Positions 59,417-64,000 of a stretch of DNA of 64,000 nucleotides are shown here, in pieces. The notes beneath the pieces are model-generated. The model ran no database searches and was not told the origin of the DNA. It was given only the letters and a program-made list of their open reading frames with translations. The translations under genes and the position numbers were made by a program. The DNA is from Owenia fusiformis (lineage: Eukaryota), in NCBI GenBank assembly GCA_903813345.2, contig CAIIXF020000001.1:41044001-41108000 (forward strand). Direction: 5' to 3'. Position 1 is the first letter of the stretch, and every line of letters begins with the position of its first letter.

Positions 59417-61253
59417 GTTGAAAGCCCATGATATTATATTTCACATTTTTAGGCATAGTCTGACAAGCCCACCCACAATCAATACTCATCTACTACTATT
59501 TTCATGTCCAGACTGAGGCACTAGAATTAGAAAAATAATAGTTAGCTAACGATAGGGAGTCTTACTTACCTTCTAGAGGTGAGAACTCAAATTTCAATGA
59601 AACCCTATCACCTTTGTTGTGTCAACCTTAATGCATTTAGCATAATATCCATGAGATAAAATATGACCTGTGAAAATTTTCTCGTAAGTTTTGTAAGTTT
59701 CAATATGAAGAATACACATGTGAAAATCAAATGTTTGTTCGTTGATTTAACAATTTTCACGTTCACATATTCTTCTAATTACTTTGGTCTTAATCATAAA
59801 GCATCACCAAAAGGCCCTATTAATACAGCAGATGACCCATTCAACTTCTATGTAACATTTTGTTCAGGCCAATTGTGTGAATGTAGCAATCTTAGAACAA
59901 GCTATCCTCCTGCCTATGCCCCAATGACCTCAAAGCATTCATTAATAATATTCATTCTTATTATTATGTACATGTAAATGTAAATATAAATATGTACATG
60001 TAATTGTAATGCAATTAATAATATAAAAAGAATTTACGTAAACAAAAAAATACACTTATAGTTATGTTGTAAATGTATGTTGACTAGATGAATGTTGAAT
60101 AAAATTGCAATTGTTGTTGATTGTTGATTGATAAAAGAATGTGTAAGAATAAAGTGTATGTAAAACCAATGCAAGGGAATTCATTAATATTCTGATGATT
60201 TTCACACCTGACTCTTCAAATTCTAGTGAAGCAGTCAGTCAGTTGTTGTTATTATATAAAATAGTCAACCATATTATCAGCTTGGCATTAGAAGGTTTAT
60301 CCATTCTTCTCTTCAATCTTATATGAAACAAAATTATTTCAAACGTTCACAGACTAAGAAATTAAATATAACGCATTGGACTTTAACACTTGGCGAAATA
60401 TTTTGACAATATCCATATAGCATAATTGTGAAACTTGTGCATATCATTCTCATAAAGTTTGATTTCTCTTTCTGTTACTATATGACTGTATTTCTCAGAG
60501 TAATTGTGTTTCGGAGTAATGAGTTTTTGAGTACTGGAGTATTGGCATGAACCCCAAAGTTTCTTTACCTTTTCTTGTATGACAGTAACACTTTATCCAA
60601 TATAATTCATTGTAAGCGATTGATCATTCTGTAAAGTCTTTTTCACACATTTCAAGCCAAATCAATCTGAAATTTCTAGGGATGTTTTTAGGCATGAAAC
60701 ATCTTAGTTTTTGGTCATTCTTTGGAAATCATATGGCGACCATTTTGAACTTTCTGTTAAAAAAGTGTCTATCCTTTTCAAGGGTTGCATAGCCTGCTCA
60801 CCCTGTGTGTGTCTTGTTTCATGTAATATTGGTACGGTACTTTTGCGAACAATTAAATTTCCCGCTTTTAGTGATTTGGGGTAAAATCGCAAAAAATAAT
60901 TGTTGCGAAATTTGCTAATTAAATCCCCAAGGGACTTGTTAAATGTGACATTGGGTAGGTGTATTTAGTGTACAACTACATACGGTAACCAGTACTTTAA
61001 ATGCAGATTCAGACAATTATGAAATTTAAATTTGTGAAATCCACAAAATTTAATTGCTTTGAAATTGTAATTTTTCAAAATTTGCAAAACTAAAACTCTC
61101 GAAATTTTAGTTTATAATTTTTAATAAGAGCAACCATGTGAGTACTATAGCTAAGGTATGTCCTTTTCATGTTTTATTTCCAGAGAGCTGTCTGAACTAT
61201 ATGTAGGGTGCATCTCATCAATTGTTGAATAACTCCCACTATCACCAGGAAAG

Positions 61254-63646
61254 ATGCAGAAATTAGTTGCATATATCAGGGATTTCACTGTGACTCAGAG
61301 AATTGCCATATTTGGCGCAATAGTAACTTGTACATCAATTTTCACTACATTCTGGTTGTTACCATTATACATTGCGACTCTACTTGGATGTGTCAAACTC
61401 TCAAGAGTCTTTCTGTTGCGGAAAACATGTTTACAGTCTCAAAGTTTGATAAAAATCCTCCAAATGGTTGACAATATTGAGGAATTTTGGAGTGGTGTTT
61501 TCGGTGCTGCTGATCAAGATAGAATTAATAAGCTCAAATATGAAAATGTCTCTCACGTTAACAATGAAATTAGTACATTCCTGGATTTAGTTATTCGTGA
61601 TTTTGTTTATAGCTGGTATCATACATTTAGTAAAGATCAGGAATGTATGGACAGTGTACATGAACTGATTGAGGAAATTACATTAAGCATAAAAGATCGT
61701 CTAGAAAAACTCAATATTGATCAAGTAGTCAAACTTTACATAGATTTATACAGACAGCACTTGGCCAAGTATCAAATAGCTGTTCTGCTATATAAGAAAC
61801 AGCCCACATTTAATCGCAAGAGTGACCCAAAAGCCCAAAACAAGAAACTGAAAAGCATTATTCATGCATTTGAATCAAAATATAAATTCCATATTGCTTT
61901 AGTTGACAGGGAGAATGAAATAGACTACATCAGGAGCATTGTACAAATGATCTTTACGATACTCTTGCCGCATGATTTGCAGTCCTGCACAGCAGGGAGG
62001 AAGTTATTAGAAGAAATATTAACATGTAATGTCATGTTACCTTTAGTTGAAATGTTAAGCCAACCAGATGAACTAAACCAAATAGTAATTAAGATTCTCT
62101 CAGATGACAAGGAACAAAATAAAGAGCAAATTTCCATTGAAAGCAGTGTAAGCACTCTTGAATCAGAACTTCCAACAAATGATAAAGAAGAGGATAGCCT
62201 CAGTGTAAAACCTTCACAAGAAAATGTCAATGATATATCTGACACACAAACTATTCCATGTGTCCAACTTAATTCAAAACAAGAGGATGATGCTATTTCC
62301 ACTGAGCTTCCTGACAATGTAAAAAACCAACAGTTCAACACACCCAATACTTTAGAGGCAAATGCCACTGAAGGAAACAAAGAATTTGTAACTGATACCT
62401 TCAAAAGAAAATATTTGAGCCCTGCAGACCTAAAAGAAAAAGAACAAAATGGTATAACTCAAGGAAAGTCAGTTTCGATGCAACAGAATCAAATCCCTTC
62501 AATAAATGTAGAAACAATAAGTAAAAATGTAACTTATAACGACAATGAACAATTGAATGTTGATGAAGCTGAGGATGCAGTTGATGCTCTGGATGCAATA
62601 AATGCTCCAGTTGTCCCATCAGTGCCAATGATTCCTATTGGAGCAAGTACACCAGTGCTAGCCACTAACATCCCAATGTCTAGCAGTCCAAAGTCAGATA
62701 TCCTTCCTAGTCATGTAGCACGCAAGCCAGTGTTTGACACAGTTTCCTTAAGCAGTAGCGAAGAGAGTTTTGATGCTCAGCATATAGATCCATATATTGG
62801 ACCCTCACCCTTTCACAGTCAAAGACCATCTGGCTTGTTCCCAGTTGACTCTACTGAAGGACTCTCATCCCAGGATGCCAGGAGGTCAGTCCTCACATGG
62901 AACACTGACATAGCAGAATCAAAGTCCTCTATGCAGGATACCAGTGAAACTAAGGATTTTACACCAAGAGGTAGTCAACAAATCCAAATATACCCTAACT
63001 CAGACTCTGGCTCCCCAGAATCTAGATCTCTTACTAGAATTCCTACCAGTGAGCTAGATAACAGCCCCAGTCCTGATCTCCATTCAGGGGCCCTGAAGTC
63101 TTTCTTCTCAAGCATTGGTATATCTAGCACTGAGGTGATGAATGAATACAGGAGCAAGGGGACCTATGTGCTATACATTATAGAGGTAAATACTTAAGTA
63201 TACAATATAACTACCTTTCTTTCTGGCTTTTAATATTCATGTGTGGTCTATTGCCTCAATAGACTTTTGACAGAGGTCTTGAATTTAAAAGCAGTAATAG
63301 ACCCAATCTTTAGAAAATAAGAAAGCTTTCATGGGATTTTCTGTGTATTAGCATTTCAGGGTTGTCAAGTTCTTGGTACATTTTAAAACATCTTGAGGTG
63401 GGACACATTGTAGGACACATTTTCCACAATTATATAAGTGTCAAATCTATAAGAAAAGATTAACAAAGTCATTCATTCTATTCAGTCTAACTTGAAATGT
63501 CTTATTATTGCAGTACCAGGCCTTCTACTCTAACCCTGAAGGGGCTCCAATATTGTGTAAGCGAATTGTTAGACGAAGATATAGAGAGTTTGTCAACCTA
63601 CAGGAGAGGCTTGAGGGGAAGCCATATTTTAAAAATAGTCTGAAAG
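61254..63646 (+). CDS. SNX19: Sorting nexin-19-like protein (TM-PXA-linker-PX), 5' part; gene continues beyond the window
   Basis: Exons 61254-63185 and 63514-63646. N-terminal hydrophobic segment; PXA motifs VIRDFVYSWY and LLEEILTCNVMLPLVEMLSQPD; a low-complexity linker with no evident RGS domain, which favours SNX19 over SNX13/14/25; PX motif VRRRYREFVNLQERLE. Confidence 0.8.
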
Positions 63647-64000
63647 GTATTTATTATCCTAAGCACTGTAATGTTCATGTCTGTCTTTCTATGGGCTGTA
63701 TGATGTCATATTGTGATGGATTGAATATCATTAGTGTGGGTTGTCAATTATGTGAAATGCCACATCAGTGCTTTGAGAGTGCATGTGTAGGCTAGTTGAA
63801 ATGTAAGAATGATGCACGCATTATATATTACGACTTACATAACTACTGATTATATGGATTTTTTTCGTTAATTCAAGATAATAGGAAGTATTTACTTTTG
63901 TTGATGACGTCTTTGTCAACTAAATACTCATTATCTCAAAAAATATAATTATTAAACTCCCCCTAAGAGAGATGATACCATTTAATTATATACACTAAAC

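Noticed and set aside
61925..62628. Antisense ORFs within the large SNX19 exon
   Set aside because: Shadow frames of a coding exon with no independent signals.

Overview
AT-rich, intron-rich eukaryotic DNA. It looks like an invertebrate animal, possibly a lophotrochozoan, but the taxon is only a guess. There are three conserved genes. (1) ECPAS/ECM29 (+): 42 hand-spliced coding exons at 514-44711 that join in frame to about 1816 aa; the start-codon exon was not found and probably lies upstream of the window. (2) PGM1 (-): 10 exons at 57753-45773, 559 aa, tail-to-tail with ECM29. (3) The 5' part of an SNX19-like gene (+) from 61254, head-to-head with PGM1. An 11.7-kb ECM29 intron hides an antisense nested gene for a secreted two-VWA-domain protein. 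The same intron holds a patchwork insert containing a genomic copy of a downstream ECM29 exon end. Another ECM29 intron holds an apparently intact, very young Gmr1-like LTR retrotransposon (integrase before RT) inserted in one arm of a foldback/MULE-like element. The introns also carry many non-autonomous DNA elements: HINE/DINE-like elements with satellite arrays, a Transib/RAG-like MITE, and P-like, MULE-like and Tc1-like MITEs. No rRNA, tRNA or CRISPR was found. All splicing and repeat comparisons were done by eye.
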